Shown in pieces: positions 51,331-63,819 of a DNA stretch of 64,000 nt (the first letter of the stretch is position 1; the number at the start of each line of letters is the position of its first letter). Position numbers and translations under genes: made by a program. The DNA comes from Hypanus sabinus (lineage: Eukaryota), in NCBI RefSeq assembly GCF_030144855.1, contig NC_082717.1:43400001-43464000 (forward strand), read 5' to 3'. Below the pieces are notes generated by a model. That model did not search any database and was not told the DNA's origin. It worked only from the letters and a program-made list of their open reading frames with translations.

Positions 51331-54300
51331 AAAAAGTTACAGATTCACACAGAAATGATGCACCTAACACCATTGGAACCCAGTAACCTGAAACAGCTCA
51401 AAAATATTACACTGAAAAATAATACATGGGAATACAGCCCTGGAAGTAGAGCACTGCCAATTGTAATATAGAGTGGGAAAGATTAGTGGCTGTTACTCTT
51501 GGTCATTCATCTCAGATGGAAACATCTGTACACAGCTCATGCTTGTAATCACCAGATGTTGAATCTCCAATCTCACCCCTGTAGAGAAAAGCATAGAATG
51601 AAGATCTGGCATTCATCCAGAGAAAGGCAGAGGAAATTTGGCCCAAATAATTTAAATAAAAGTTTAAAGATGTTAGAAAAAAAAGATGAAAAGAATAATC
51701 AATTTTCCAAACATAATGTGCCACAGATCAAGTCATGGGATAATCTATGTGACAAAGAAGTGTTTACATATGCCGCTTATGAAATTGTCAGTACATGTTA
51801 GACTTTTCTGTAACTATTGTTTTTATTCTTTTTTCTAATTCCAATTGTGCACTCTTTCTTCAGTTTAAACCAGCAAAAGGTTCTCAGCGAAATAAAGCAT
51901 TTTTGAAAATTCCTCTAGTAATAGACTAAGGATTCTCATCCCTGCAAACAGAGTGACTGAGTGGCAGAAATGGGATCAGGGAGAAATCATGAACTATTCA
52001 ATCAATCAATAATCTGAAAATACTTCATCACTTGAATAGTTTGCAGGGAAATTCTCATGGAATTTTCCAATGACTGGTCTCTGCTTAGCAAGCCCCCTGG
52101 CTACAAGAACAGTTTTTAGAATTAAATGTTTTCATAAAAGCACAAATATGTGTTTTAAGTGAAAGATAATAAAACCAGTATTTGTATCCTGAAGAGCCTT
52201 TCGTACCTTCTGGATGCCCTGAAGTTTGCTGCAACTGGCAAAGTACATTTGAAATTCAGTCATTGTTGTAATGTAGAAGATTATCATGCAAGAGTTCACT
52301 TAATCGCTTTTGTAGGAGATAGGAAGAAGGTCATACTTATAAAGTAAATCCAAAAGCACTGGAGATGTATATCCCATTTTTGTGATCATAGCTAATACTA
52401 CTTCAAACAATGACTGTGTGAAAGTTAAATCGTACCTGGACCAGAACTGACCCAAAAGTCAATTAAGGCAAACAGAATAGTGAACAAGATTTACTATGCT
52501 TATCCTTCAAACAGACTTGCTGCGATAGAACAGACTAAATAGTTATTACTTCCTAAATTTTTTGAATTTGTACTGCAGTTCTCCCTGTGACTTAAAGTCA
52601 ACCTGGAAGGAATTGCATTTCATAAAGTTACAATCTAATACTGCAATAATAGTGCTTTTAAAATTGAAGCAAAACTATTGTAGTATTCTTAGTGCACTAG
52701 TAAAACCTTCATGCTGCCAAAGCCCACTAGTTAGGATTAAGAGCTTGAGAACAACTGTATCCTTCTTGAAAAGGCCTTGATCCATTTACCGCTGTCTTCT
52801 TTCTCTGACCAGCTGATCAACACTTTCCATCACTTCACACTTATCTCTTCATCGTGACAGCGGGAGATGAGTTCTGACAAGGTAATGGAAAATAGGGTTC
52901 CACAAGCCTTGGCAGGGATAGAAGCATCTTAGCTGTCTCATCACAACTGTTCTTTTCAAATGTCACTATTCTCAAAACTCAGAATCCCTCGCAGCATGGT
53001 AAAATTGGATTAAGTGGGATTGCTTACTAAAAACCTTGTTTCGTATCTATCTCTAAATTTGCTTGTATGACATTGCTGTAGTATTGGAACCCAAGTGAAG
53101 CAAAACTTGCTGCTATTTGAAGTTTTTTGTTTAACACTACAGTTAGTTTGGCAGCATGTTCAAAAATGAATGAACCAGATGTACATTTTAAAGGAGTATG
53201 TTGCCACTTTCACTTCATAATTAATAATTTTGAGAACCAAAGTACCTTTCCATCTGTCAAGATAAATACATCTTTTTTCATTTTTGACTGCATAAGATAT
53301 TTGCTTTTAAATTTTAGGTAACAATTTTAACAAAACAGATCTAAAAAAATACAGAGTTAAACATGATCTCCTCAGAAAAATAAGTTGTTGTAATCTCTTA
53401 CAACAAAATATTGTTTCTTCCTAATAATTGTAGAAATGCTTGCTTTAATATTAATAACATATCCATGGGATGTTAAAAATATTTATACACTGTTCAGTCT
53501 CTTTTTCTTATGAAAGCATTAATTCCTGCTGAGGTACAGTTCCATGGGGATGTCTAGTCTTTAATAATTTGCCAAAGTGACTATTCTTCATGCATGGGCA
53601 TCACAGCAAGAACCAATCCTGCCTTCAATCAGTGATCATATACTTTCCAAACTCAAGCATTAGAAAAATTAAAAGTAGAAACTCTGGCTAATTTAATGCT
53701 CCCTACCCTGGGATACTGAGGCTTATTTTAGAATTCTAACTGCTGCCCAACCTAATTCAGCATGGAGAAGGAATTAAATTGTTTATATACCATCTTCTAT
53801 CTGTGTTTCATCGCAATATATCCCTTTTTATCCTCGGTATCATTCTCCAAAAGCTTTTAAGAAAACTGTGTTCTTGGTGATAACATGTCCATATGTTGGT
53901 CAAGAGAAGACAAACATGAATTTAGTACTACAATTCAAAGACTAAAGATTGGCTTTATTTGTCACATATACATTGAAACACACAGTGAAAATATGTCATT
54001 TGCATCAATGACCAACACAGTCCAGATATATGTTGGGGGCAGCCCACAATTGTCACCATGCTTTTTGGACCAACATAGCCTGCCCATAGCTTACTAACCC
54101 TAGCCCGAACATCTTTGGAAAGTGGGATGAAACCAGAGCACCCAGAGGAAACCCATGTGGTCGTGGGGAGAACGTATAAAATTCCTTACAGACAGCAGTG
54201 GGAAATGAAACATTGCACCTACGGTACATCTAGTTGCATCACTGGAGTAAAGGACTGAGTACAGAATATTAAAAATTATGTTAGAGGGACATATAACTTG

Positions 54301-54584
54301 AATTTGTTCCATGTTCCATAGCTGGTATTGTAACAGCCAGTTGCAGAAATGTGTGCTAAAATCTGGGCAAAAACTCTGCTGTCAGTGCCTTAGAGATACA
54401 TATTGTGAGGAGTGACTCAAAGAAAAATAAACTTTTCAAATAAAGTATTGAGATGTGATGGAACCAAAAAGACTTCAAAGACAAAGAGGAGATACAGAAT
54501 GTTAAAAAATCTCAAATTACTTAAAATGGCAATAACTAGACTCAGTATCAAACACCTTTAACATTTATTAATATATTTAGAAAT

Positions 54585-54970
54585 AGATAATAGACCATAG
54601 ACAGTAGGTGCAGGAGTAGGCCATTCGGTCCTTCTAGCCAGCACCGCCATTCACTGTGATCATGGCTGATCATACACAATCAGTACCCCATTCCTACCCT
54701 CTCCCCATATCCCTTGACCCCGCTGTCTATAAGAGCTCTATCTAACTCTCTTGTGAATGCATCCAGAGACTTGGCCTCCACTGCCTTCTGGGGCAGAGCA
54801 TTCCACATATCCACCACTCTCTGGGTGAAAAGGTTTTTCCGCATCTCTGTTCTAAATGGCCTACCCCTTATTCTTAAACTGTGGCCTCTAGTTCTGGACT
54901 CACCCATCAGCGGAAACATGCTTCTTGCCTCCAGCGTGTCCAATCCCTTAATAATCTTATATGTTTCAAT
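54585..54970 (-). mobile_element. CR1 LINE 3' end
   Basis: ORF 54680-55012 (IETYKIIKGLD..SRTRGHSLRIRG..FTQRVV). Confidence 0.9.
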
Positions 54971-55498
54971 GATAGAGAGCAGAACAGGCCTCTCTGACCA
55001 ACTAAGCCACACTGCCTACCAACCCACCTATTTAACGCTAGCCTAATCACAGGACAATTTACAATGACCAATTGATCTACTAACTGGTAAGTCTTTGGAC
55101 TGTGGGAGGAAACCACAGCACCAAGAGGAAATCCACACAATCACAGGGAGAACGTCCAATTTTGCAGACAGTGCCAAAACTAAACTCTGAACTCTGACGT
55201 CCTGAGCTGTAAATGTGTCACATCGCACTAATCATATACTACAAACATTGTAGGTAGGAATACAAGAGGCAGAAATTTCTGGATGTTCGTGGATTGGCAA
55301 CTAAAGCTATAATGAAGCAATGAAAATTGAAGAAAGGCAGGAGACCAGATTGAAGGAAAGTAAAGGTCTTAGAGGATTGCATGAACACAGCATGATGTAA
55401 TTTGAAAACAAGAATGAAAATTTTATAGCTGATCTATAAGTGGTACAGGAGACATTGTAGGTGATTGAGTACAGGGTAATACATGACCAAGGTTAAAA

Positions 55499-55750
55499 TT
55501 TTGCTTATCACAGTCCTGGAGAGACACCGGATTACACAGAGGTACCAAGAATTTAAAAGAAACAAGTGGGGGCACTCAGCACATTTTGCTCACCACAGTT
55601 CTGAGGAGACACCTGGATTGAGCAGAGAGAGAGAGAGATTTTAAAAGAAACAAGCAGAGACAGCCGACACCTTTTGCATGCCACATACCTGAGGAGACAC
55701 AGGGTTGCATAGAGGGAGAGAAAGTTTAAAAGAAATGAGTTGTCTTACCT
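55499..55750. repeat. Three-copy tandem repeat, 85-88 bp period
   Basis: TTTTGC..CACA..CTGAGGAGACAC..GG.TT..AGAG..TTTAAAAGAAA starts at 55499, 55584 and 55672. Confidence 0.8.
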
Positions 55751-55849
55751 ACATATTGTGTCAGGAAAACTTCCTAAACACACCAAACAAAACAAACTCC
55801 ACCAAACCTAAACCCCTTACTCTAGGGAGATGCTAGTCAGTATTAGGAA

Positions 55850-56985
55850 AGTTAAAATAATCCATCACAACTACTTTATTATTATTGCACCATTCTAAAA
55901 TCTGCCACCCTATCTGCTCCTTGATGTCTCTGTTACTATTGGGGGGGATCTATAAAAAACACCCAGTAGAGTTATTGCCTCCTTCCTGTTTCTTCCACCC
56001 ACAATGACTCACTAAACAATCCCTCCATGACTTCTTTCTTTTCTGCAGCTGTGATACTATTCCTGATTAGCAGTGCCACTCCCCAACCCCTTTTGCCTCC
56101 CTCCCTGTCCATTTTGAAACATCTAAAGCACGACATGCTCAGCAGCCATTCCTGCCCTGAGTTATCCAAGTCTCTGTCATGGCCACAGCATCATAGTTCC
56201 ATGTATTGATCCACATTCATCCACCTTGTTTATGATACTCCTTGCATTAATATAGACACATCTCAAACCATCTGGCTGTTTGCTTCTCTGCTCTATTATC
56301 TGCCTATCCTTCCTCAGAAATTCCCTACAAGCTGTCACTACTTGTGTGTGAACCACCCCATCCTCTGCCCATCACTTTGGTTCCCACCCCCTGCAAATCT
56401 AGTTTAACCCGACCCCCCCCCCCAGTTGCATTAGCAAACCTCCCTCCCTGGATATTGGTTCCCTTCCAGTTCAGGTGCAAACCATCCCACTTGTACAGGT
56501 CACCCTTTCCCCAGAAAAGGCTCCAATGATCCGAGAACTTGAAACCTTCCCCCTGCACCATCTCCTCAGCTACTCATTCACTTGTGCTGTCTTCCTGTTC
56601 TGACTTTCACTAGCTCCTGGCCTGAGAGTAATCCAGAGATTACCACCTTGGTGGTCCTGCTCTTCAGCCTCCTTCCTAACACCCTAAACTTACTGCACAG
56701 GACCTCTACCCCTCTCCTGCCTATATCATTGGTACCAACATGTAGCATGACCTCTAGCTGCTCACCCTCCCCTTGAAGAATATTCTGCAACCACTCAGAG
56801 ACATCCTGTACCCTAGCACCCGGGAGGCAACACACTATCCTGGTGTCTCTTCTGCTTTCATGAGTTGAGGTTGGCTCTACTTCACACAGATGTAGTCATC
56901 AGGGAAACTATCAGGTTCCATGAATTCCCACATCCTACAGTAGGAGCATCCTACAGCCATATCTGCCATCCTGCCTGCACTGTAC
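55850..56985 (-). mobile_element. CR1 5' region: ORF1 SGNH esterase and start of the APE endonuclease
   Basis: ORF 56578-56835 (CLPGARVQDV..HVGTNDI..VVISGLL), DGLHLN in 56325-56561, DREGGKRGWGVALLI in 55972-56169. Confidence 0.92.
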
Positions 56986-57029
56986 AATGGGCAACCAGGA
57001 CCAAATCTTCTAACCTTGGTAACAGTTGT

Positions 57030-58245
57030 ACAACATGGTAGTTTGCAATTGGAGTATGGTATGCAATTCTGGATGTGATATCACTGGACAGACGTGATTT
57101 AAGCTGGAGAGTGTGCAGAAAAGGTTCACAATGATGTTGTCTGAATTGGAAGACACGATTCTAAGGAGAAATTGGACACACTGGGTCTATCTTCCTGAAG
57201 CAAAGGAAGGCTGACAGGTGACATGATAGCATTGTGGTGAACTACATATACCTGTCTGGACACGCCCCCTGCTGACTGCTCCTGCGGCTCCTTCCACAGA
57301 CCCCAGTATAAAGGCGATTGAGGCCTGAGCCCTGCCTCTCAGTCTCCAGGATGTAGTATGGTGGTCAACCACTGCTTGTTCCTTCTTCCAGTCAATAAAA
57401 GCCGATATCTCACCTTTACATCTCAGAGTGAGTTATATGCATCAAGCATATAAAATTGAAATTAGATAGAGTAGATGGAAATTGTTTCTAAAACTAGAGA
57501 GCATAGGTTTAAGGTGAGAGAGAGAAGGTTTAAAAGGGAATTGAGGTAACATTTTTCATGTGGTGTAGTTGAATGAGCTGCTGGAGTACGTGGTCAGAGA
57601 CAATGTTTTGAAAAACAGTAGATACTGAAATGTGGAACAAAAAAATGCAGGAATTCAGCAAGCTAATTATAATCTTTCATGATAAAGGGATAGGTGACAC
57701 CTCGGGTCATATCCTGAGAGTGTAGAGGGAAGATGGCCAGGATGTGGGGCTGAGAGGCTGGGTAGCCAGTAATAGGTGGATATGGATCGGGTGCACTGAA
57801 ACATCACTCCCCTCCACTCTTGCCCTCTGACAACTAGTTCCATCCAGCTCCCTCCTCCCCTGGTTCTACCTATCACAGGTTTTACCCCTACCTCTCACGT
57901 CATATGATGACTAGCTTCCCTTTTCAATCTCAGTCCTGATGCAGGGTTTTGACCTGAAACGTTGACTGTCCTTTAGCCACTGGTGATTCTGTTTGACCTG
58001 CAGAGTTCATCTGGCAGCTTATTTTTTGAACAATGTTTCAGAGACACCTGGACAGATACTTGAATGAGAAAGGCAGAGTGGTATATGAAAATCATGCAAG
58101 CAGGAAGGATGATAATGTGTGTGTGGTATTGCCATGTGAAAATAGTTGTTTGATAATATCATCCCAGCAATGTTTGGTCAATAACATGATGGTCAGTACA
58201 CAGTAGATCAAAAAGCATGTTTCAATATTGACTCTATGTTCAACT
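57030..58245 (+). mobile_element. CR1 3' fragment with a nested solo LTR and PLE fragment (about 57615-58030)
   Basis: QLEY.MQFW, LESVQKRFT.ML, GDMI|AYKI split by the LTR; tail near 58200-58245. Confidence 0.75.
57233..57444 (+). mobile_element. Short solo LTR (212 bp)
   Basis: TG...CA termini; 5-bp TSD AGCAT at 57228-57232 and 57445-57449; TATA-like GTATAAAG near 57306 and AATAAA near 57394. Confidence 0.88.
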
Positions 58246-59524
58246 CTGTGACTTTATGAGGGGACTAGGTTGAAGGAATTAAATGAAATACTGATGGAGG
58301 CAGTTCTTGAACTATTTAGGGCAGATTACCAATTTCTGTTCTATCCATTCTGTGTTTGATGATGTTCCCCTGGGAGAATGTCCATCTCTCTAGGCTCGGT
58401 TTGGCTCTTACATCGTTAGTTCAACCAGATCAATGGAGAACCCTCCACATCTTTTAGGTACCATCATCCTATTTCTCTAGGTAGGATACCACAAAATGTA
58501 AAATAGGGTTAACAATCCAAGGTTACTTGGTAGGTTTTCCTATTGCCATCTATGTAAACAGAGGAAAGGGAGGAGGTTTTAACACAGCTCACAAGGAATA
58601 AAACAGTTGTAAGGCCAAGGAACCTATTTCAAATTGATCCTTTATCAACAAGTGACATAAAAATGTGGTCGGGATTCCAGGTTGTGTATACATTTTTGCA
58701 GTGGTGATATGATTGAGTATAATGTATTTATCTGGCATTCTAGCTCACACTATGTGGCTTAATATAATCAAATCAATATGTGTGTTTTATTTTACCAGTG
58801 TGATGCACATGAAATGTTGCTTAGGAAAGTAATGTGTGGCCAATATCTTAGATTGATGCATACACATTATGATTAGGTTGCATTTGGTAATACGTAAAAT
58901 CCATTGAGTGCAATAATGTGGAGTGTGAAGGTGACAGTTAACTGATATTGTCAGACAGTTAATCTTTGTGATGACTTTTGTCAGTCAGGCATGTTTGATA
59001 ATGGCATCAAGATAATCATGGTGCTATGATGTCATCAAGAACATATTTATGCGATAATAATAAGAGAATGCCATTTCGGTGGTAAAGTTTGTAAAGCAAT
59101 GTTTTTCACTTGCAGAAAGCAGAGGTTTCTAGGACACTGCACTGGTAAAAAGAGCAATGTAATACATGTGTTATAAGCCCACCAAGGAATCTATCTGCCA
59201 AAATATCATTGGAACAATGTATGTGTGGTAATCTCATCAGGACAGCAAGTGTATGAAAATATCACCATGGCATTGTTTCAACACCAAAGTGTGTGTGTGA
59301 AAATGTCAGTCAGCCGGTAATTTCATAATGTGAAAATGGCTCTAAACCAATGCAGTGTGATGATGTCACCTGAGTGATACCACAAAGACAACGTCTTTGT
59401 AATAAGGTAAACACGGCAATGACACCAGAAAATACTTCCCTAATAATGTTCCTAAGGAATGTGCATGTGGTAATGGCATTAGGGCAAAGCTTATGGTGTA
59501 ATTCTCTAGCTGCACAGGTGATAA

Positions 59525-60430
59525 AGAGCCAGAGAGTCAGAGAATAGAGCACAGAAACAGGTGCTTTGGCTCATCTAGTCCATGGCCAAAGCCAGATAAC
59601 CTACTCCCATCACCTGTTCTGGGACCACAGCCCTCAATATCCAACTATCCATGTACCTATCCATCTTCTCTTAAGCGTTGAAATCAAGCTCACATTCACC
59701 ATTTGTGCTGTCAACTCATTCCGCACTCTCATGACCATCTGAGTGAAGAAGTTTCCTTTCATGTCCCCTTTCATCTTTCATCCTTAACCTTTGACCTGTA
59801 GTCCCACTCAATCTCAATGGAAAAAGCCTGCTTGCATTTACCGTATCTATACCCCTCATAATGTTGTATACCTCAATCAAATCTCCCTCAGTCTTCTACT
59901 GTAAGTTCCAAGGATTGAAGTCCTAATGTATTCAAACTTTACTTACAGCTCAGGTCTTCAGACCAGCAATATCCTTGTAAATTTTTTCTGCACTCTTTCA
60001 ACCTTGTTTACATCTTTTCTGGTTACCAACACTGCACACAATACTCCAAATTAGGCCTCACCAACATTTAGTACAACTTCAACATTACATCCCATTTTCT
60101 GCACTCAATACATTGACTTATGAAGGCCAATATGCCAAATGCTTTCTTTACAATCCTACCTTCCTGTGATCCCATGTTCAATGAATTATGTACCTGTATT
60201 CTGAGATCCCTTTGTTCTGTCACACTCCTCAGTGCCCTACCATTCTCTGTGTAAGACCTACCCTGGTTGGTCATAGCGAAATGCACATGTCTGCATTAAA
60301 TTCCATCTGCCAGTTGTCCAGCCCATTTTTCCAGTTGGTCCAGATACCTCTGCGAGCCATGCTGGCTTTCCCCACTCTCCAGTACACAACTCCACCCCCC
60401 CCCCCCCCGATTTTGGTGTCATCCACAAAT
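59525..60430 (-). mobile_element. CR1 LINE inserted in the array
   Basis: ORFs 60271-60486 (FVDDTKIGG..WQMEFN) and 60068-60286 (EQRDL.IQVHNSL..KKAFGILAFI). Confidence 0.9.
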
Positions 60431-60689
60431 GGCAATGACAATGCATGTGTGATATTGTCATTATGGAAGTAGTTTGATAGTGTCACCTCAGCAATGATTC
60501 CTCAATAACATCTATGGTTGTTAAAAGTGTGATAATGTCAGCAAAGCAATACTTACAGGTAATAATATCACCACCACTTTTATTGTGTGGTAATGTCATT
60601 CTAGAATTGCTTATGGTGATAATATCATCAGTATGATCAATGAGTGATAATAATTTCACCAGAAGTATTCTGACACAATAACATTGGCA

Positions 60690-61345
60690 GTTTCTGGGAT
60701 TAATCATCTTTGTAGATCTATCCTGGGCCCAATATATTGATGCAATTACAAAGAAAGCATGACGGTGGCTATATTTCATTGGGATTTAGAGGAGACTCAT
60801 GTTACCAAAGGCACTTGCAAATTTCTATGTATCTACATGTATCATGGAGACCATTCTATCTGGTATGGAGGAGCGACTGCAAGGGATTGAAAATAGCTGT
60901 AGAAAGTTGTAAACTCAGCCAGCTCCATCATGGGCACTTGTCTCCACAGCATCAAGCATACCTTTAAAAGGCAATGCCTCAGAAAGGTGGCATCCATCAT
61001 TAAGGAACTCACCGCTGCCCCCCCCCCCCCCCATCACTCAAGAAGAGCCATCTTCTCAATGCTACCATCAAGGAGGAAGCACAGGAGCATGAAGACACAC
61101 ACTCAGTGTTTCAGGAACAGCTTCTTCCCCTCCGCCATCAGATTTCTAAATGGACAACAAATCCATGAAGTTTACCTCATTTTTTGTTCCTCCCTGTTTG
61201 CACTATTTATTTAATTTAATTATTTTATACATTTTATTGTAATTTATAGTTTTTTAACATTTTGTATTGCAATGTATTCTTACAGAACAATGAATTTCAG
61301 GACATCTACTAGTGATATTATACCAGATTTTGATTCTGATTCTGA
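60690..61345 (+). mobile_element. Rex/Babar-type LINE inserted in the array
   Basis: ORF 60930-61214 (CLRKVASIIK..FSMLPSRRK..FRNSFFPSAIRFLN); (GATTCT)n tail. Confidence 0.9.
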
Positions 61346-62071
61346 TTGTTTGTATAGATATTAGGGCAATATTTGTGTGAAGATGTCACCAAGACAATGT
61401 GTATGCTACATGCCACTAGGACAAATCACCAATGTTGATCTAACCAAGGAAATGTGTGTATAACAATTCGACTATGTCATTATACCTCCAATATCATCAC
61501 TAGGGTGATGTATATTTTGTATTATCACCAGGAAAATGGTTGTCTAATATTGTGATAATTTTACCATGGCAATGTACCTGTTGTAACATTAACATGGCAA
61601 TGAGCATATGATAACAAAATGAGGGAAATATGCATATGATAACATAGCAGGGCAATGGGTGATAATGTGATTAGGACAATGAAATATGGCAATGTCACCT
61701 CAGAAATGCATGTATAATCATTTCATAAATTAACACATCTGTAAAAATAGCACCAAAGCAATCTATGCATAATCATGCTACCAGGGCAATGCACATTGTG
61801 ATATCACCTGGAATATGTGTGTGTAATACTTTACCAACATGAGAAAAATCACCAGGTCAGCATGTGTGTGAGTGTGTCACCAAGACACTGCAGATGTGAT
61901 ATCACCATGGCAACATATGTGTGATAATGCTGCTGGGCAACTTACATATGATAATGACAATATGGAACATATAATACATGTTACCAGGATGAATTGCTTG
62001 TTGTAGCATCACTAGGTCAAAGCACCCATGATCGTGTCATCGGGGACTAAAATATCACAAGGCAGTAACAA

Positions 62072-62618
62072 TCTGCAAGCATGGTGCCAAGACTAGAGGG
62101 CCCGAGTTATCGGGAGATTTTGGCCAGGCTAGGTCTTTATTTATTGGAAATCAGGAGAATGAGGTTATAGAAATGTTTTAACTTATGAGAGGTGTAGATA
62201 AGGTAGTAACAGCCTTTTCGCCAGGGTAGGTCTTTATTTATTGGAAATCAGGAGAATGAGGTTATAGAAATGTTTTAACTTATGAGAGGTGTAGATAAGG
62301 TAGTAACAGCCTTTTCGCCAGGGTAGGGGAGTCCAAAACTAGGGAGCATGGAGTTAGGGTGAGAGGGAACTAATTTAAAATGAACTTGAGGGGCAATTTT
62401 TTTTTCCATGCAGGGTATATGGAATGAGTTGACAGAAGTTGGTTGAGGTAGGTACAATTGTATCATTTAAGAAGCACTCAGGAAGGTACGTAGGGGGGCA
62501 TAGCTTAGAGAGATGGTGAACACATCAAATTGGAACTAGCTACCAGGGCACCATGGTCTGCATGGAATAGTTGGGACAAAGGGCCTGTACCTATGCTGAG
62601 AAAGCTTTATGACTATGA
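62072..62618 (+). mobile_element. CR1 3' fragment inserted in the array, with an internal duplication
   Basis: LEG.SY.E.LARLGLY.LE, KTREH..RVRG; CTATGA-type tail. Confidence 0.85.
62130..62327. repeat. Perfect 97-bp tandem duplication
   Basis: 62130-62226 is identical to 62227-62323. Confidence 0.95.
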
Positions 62619-63819
62619 CAATGCTTGTGTGATAATGAGAACTGGTTGGTGTGCATGTGTATAATCATCTCATCAGTTTGATGTTCTGATAATGTCACCA
62701 GGGTGATCCTTGCATAATAAATTCTACAAGTTATATATCCAATAATGTCACTAAAGCAGTGTGATTACGCTCATGATACAATGTGATATGCATCTGGTAA
62801 CCTTACCAGACAAATGCTTACAATGTCAAATGGCACAGTGCACAGAATGATTTCACTAGGGCATGCTATTTTGACAATGTCTTCAGCTCACTGCTTGTGT
62901 AATAAAGTCAGATGAGCCATGTGTCTGATCATTGAAAGATGAAGTGTGACTGTGCATGATATCATTAGCACCATGCTTATGTAATGGTAACCCTTGTGCA
63001 TGTGTTTATGAAAGTATTAGTCATAATGGAGTGTAAATTACCATATCAGTGGCCTGAGGCAAACATAATCACATCGTCACGACAATGCATGTGTGATGTA
63101 ATCTGGATGATGCTTGTGTGGTAAAATGACAAAAGCAATGCACAAGTTAAGATACATAATGATATACATATGATAATATCACTAGGATGAAGTTTGGGTA
63201 ACATTTTTAGAGACCATTTACATGGCCAATTGGTAACTGGAGCTTTGGTATTTTAGCTAGAAAATGCTTACATGATAAGGCCTGTTGAATGATCGTATAC
63301 TTGTGGAATTTATTAGTATTCCTTTTCTTGGGTCAGAATTAGCAGAGTGATATTCCTTATCAACCCACTAGACAGAGCACTTCTTAGTATTTTTCCAGTG
63401 AATGAAGCTAAAAATGGATTTTATTCCTATATGTCACTTGCACATGAATCAATCATGATGATTGGTGCATTCTTCTTCTTGATCTCTCTCCTCCTGAATG
63501 AAGTTCACACACTTCTTCCCTGAAAATGATAAGCTGTTAAAAATATCTCTACCTTTGCCAGCTGTCAAAGTTTGCCGGTCATCATAACGAATGGGCCATC
63601 TGTTTGTTCCACTGGCTGACAAGATGATAGAGGGCATGTGCAGAATTGACAACAGGGTAAATTCACTAACTTTAAACAGCGATTGGCCTCAAATTGTGCC
63701 ATTTATAGATGAGACATTGCTGGAGCCTCTTCATGTGGGACCAGGAATTGTGAAATTGATATTGGGATTTCATTGTTATAGGGTACATTTGAAGATACAT
63801 CACTGACACCACCTGAACT

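Larger units (their letters stand above)
58690..63290. repeat. Highly degenerate ~28-bp tandem array, interrupted by three LINEs
   Basis: Approximate consensus GGCAATGCATGTGTGATAATGTCACCAG; blocks at about 58690-59525, 60430-60690, 61345-62070 and 62620-63290. Confidence 0.85.

Noticed and set aside
58690-63290. Array as a CRISPR array, CRP-site array or coding repeat
   Set aside because: Eukaryotic context, no conserved repeat/unique spacer alternation, no cas genes, period not divisible by 3 and frequent stops
63449-63806. Short ORFs and exon-like purine-rich segment near the window end
   Set aside because: Candidate exons are closed by stops or have weak donors; no recognisable protein
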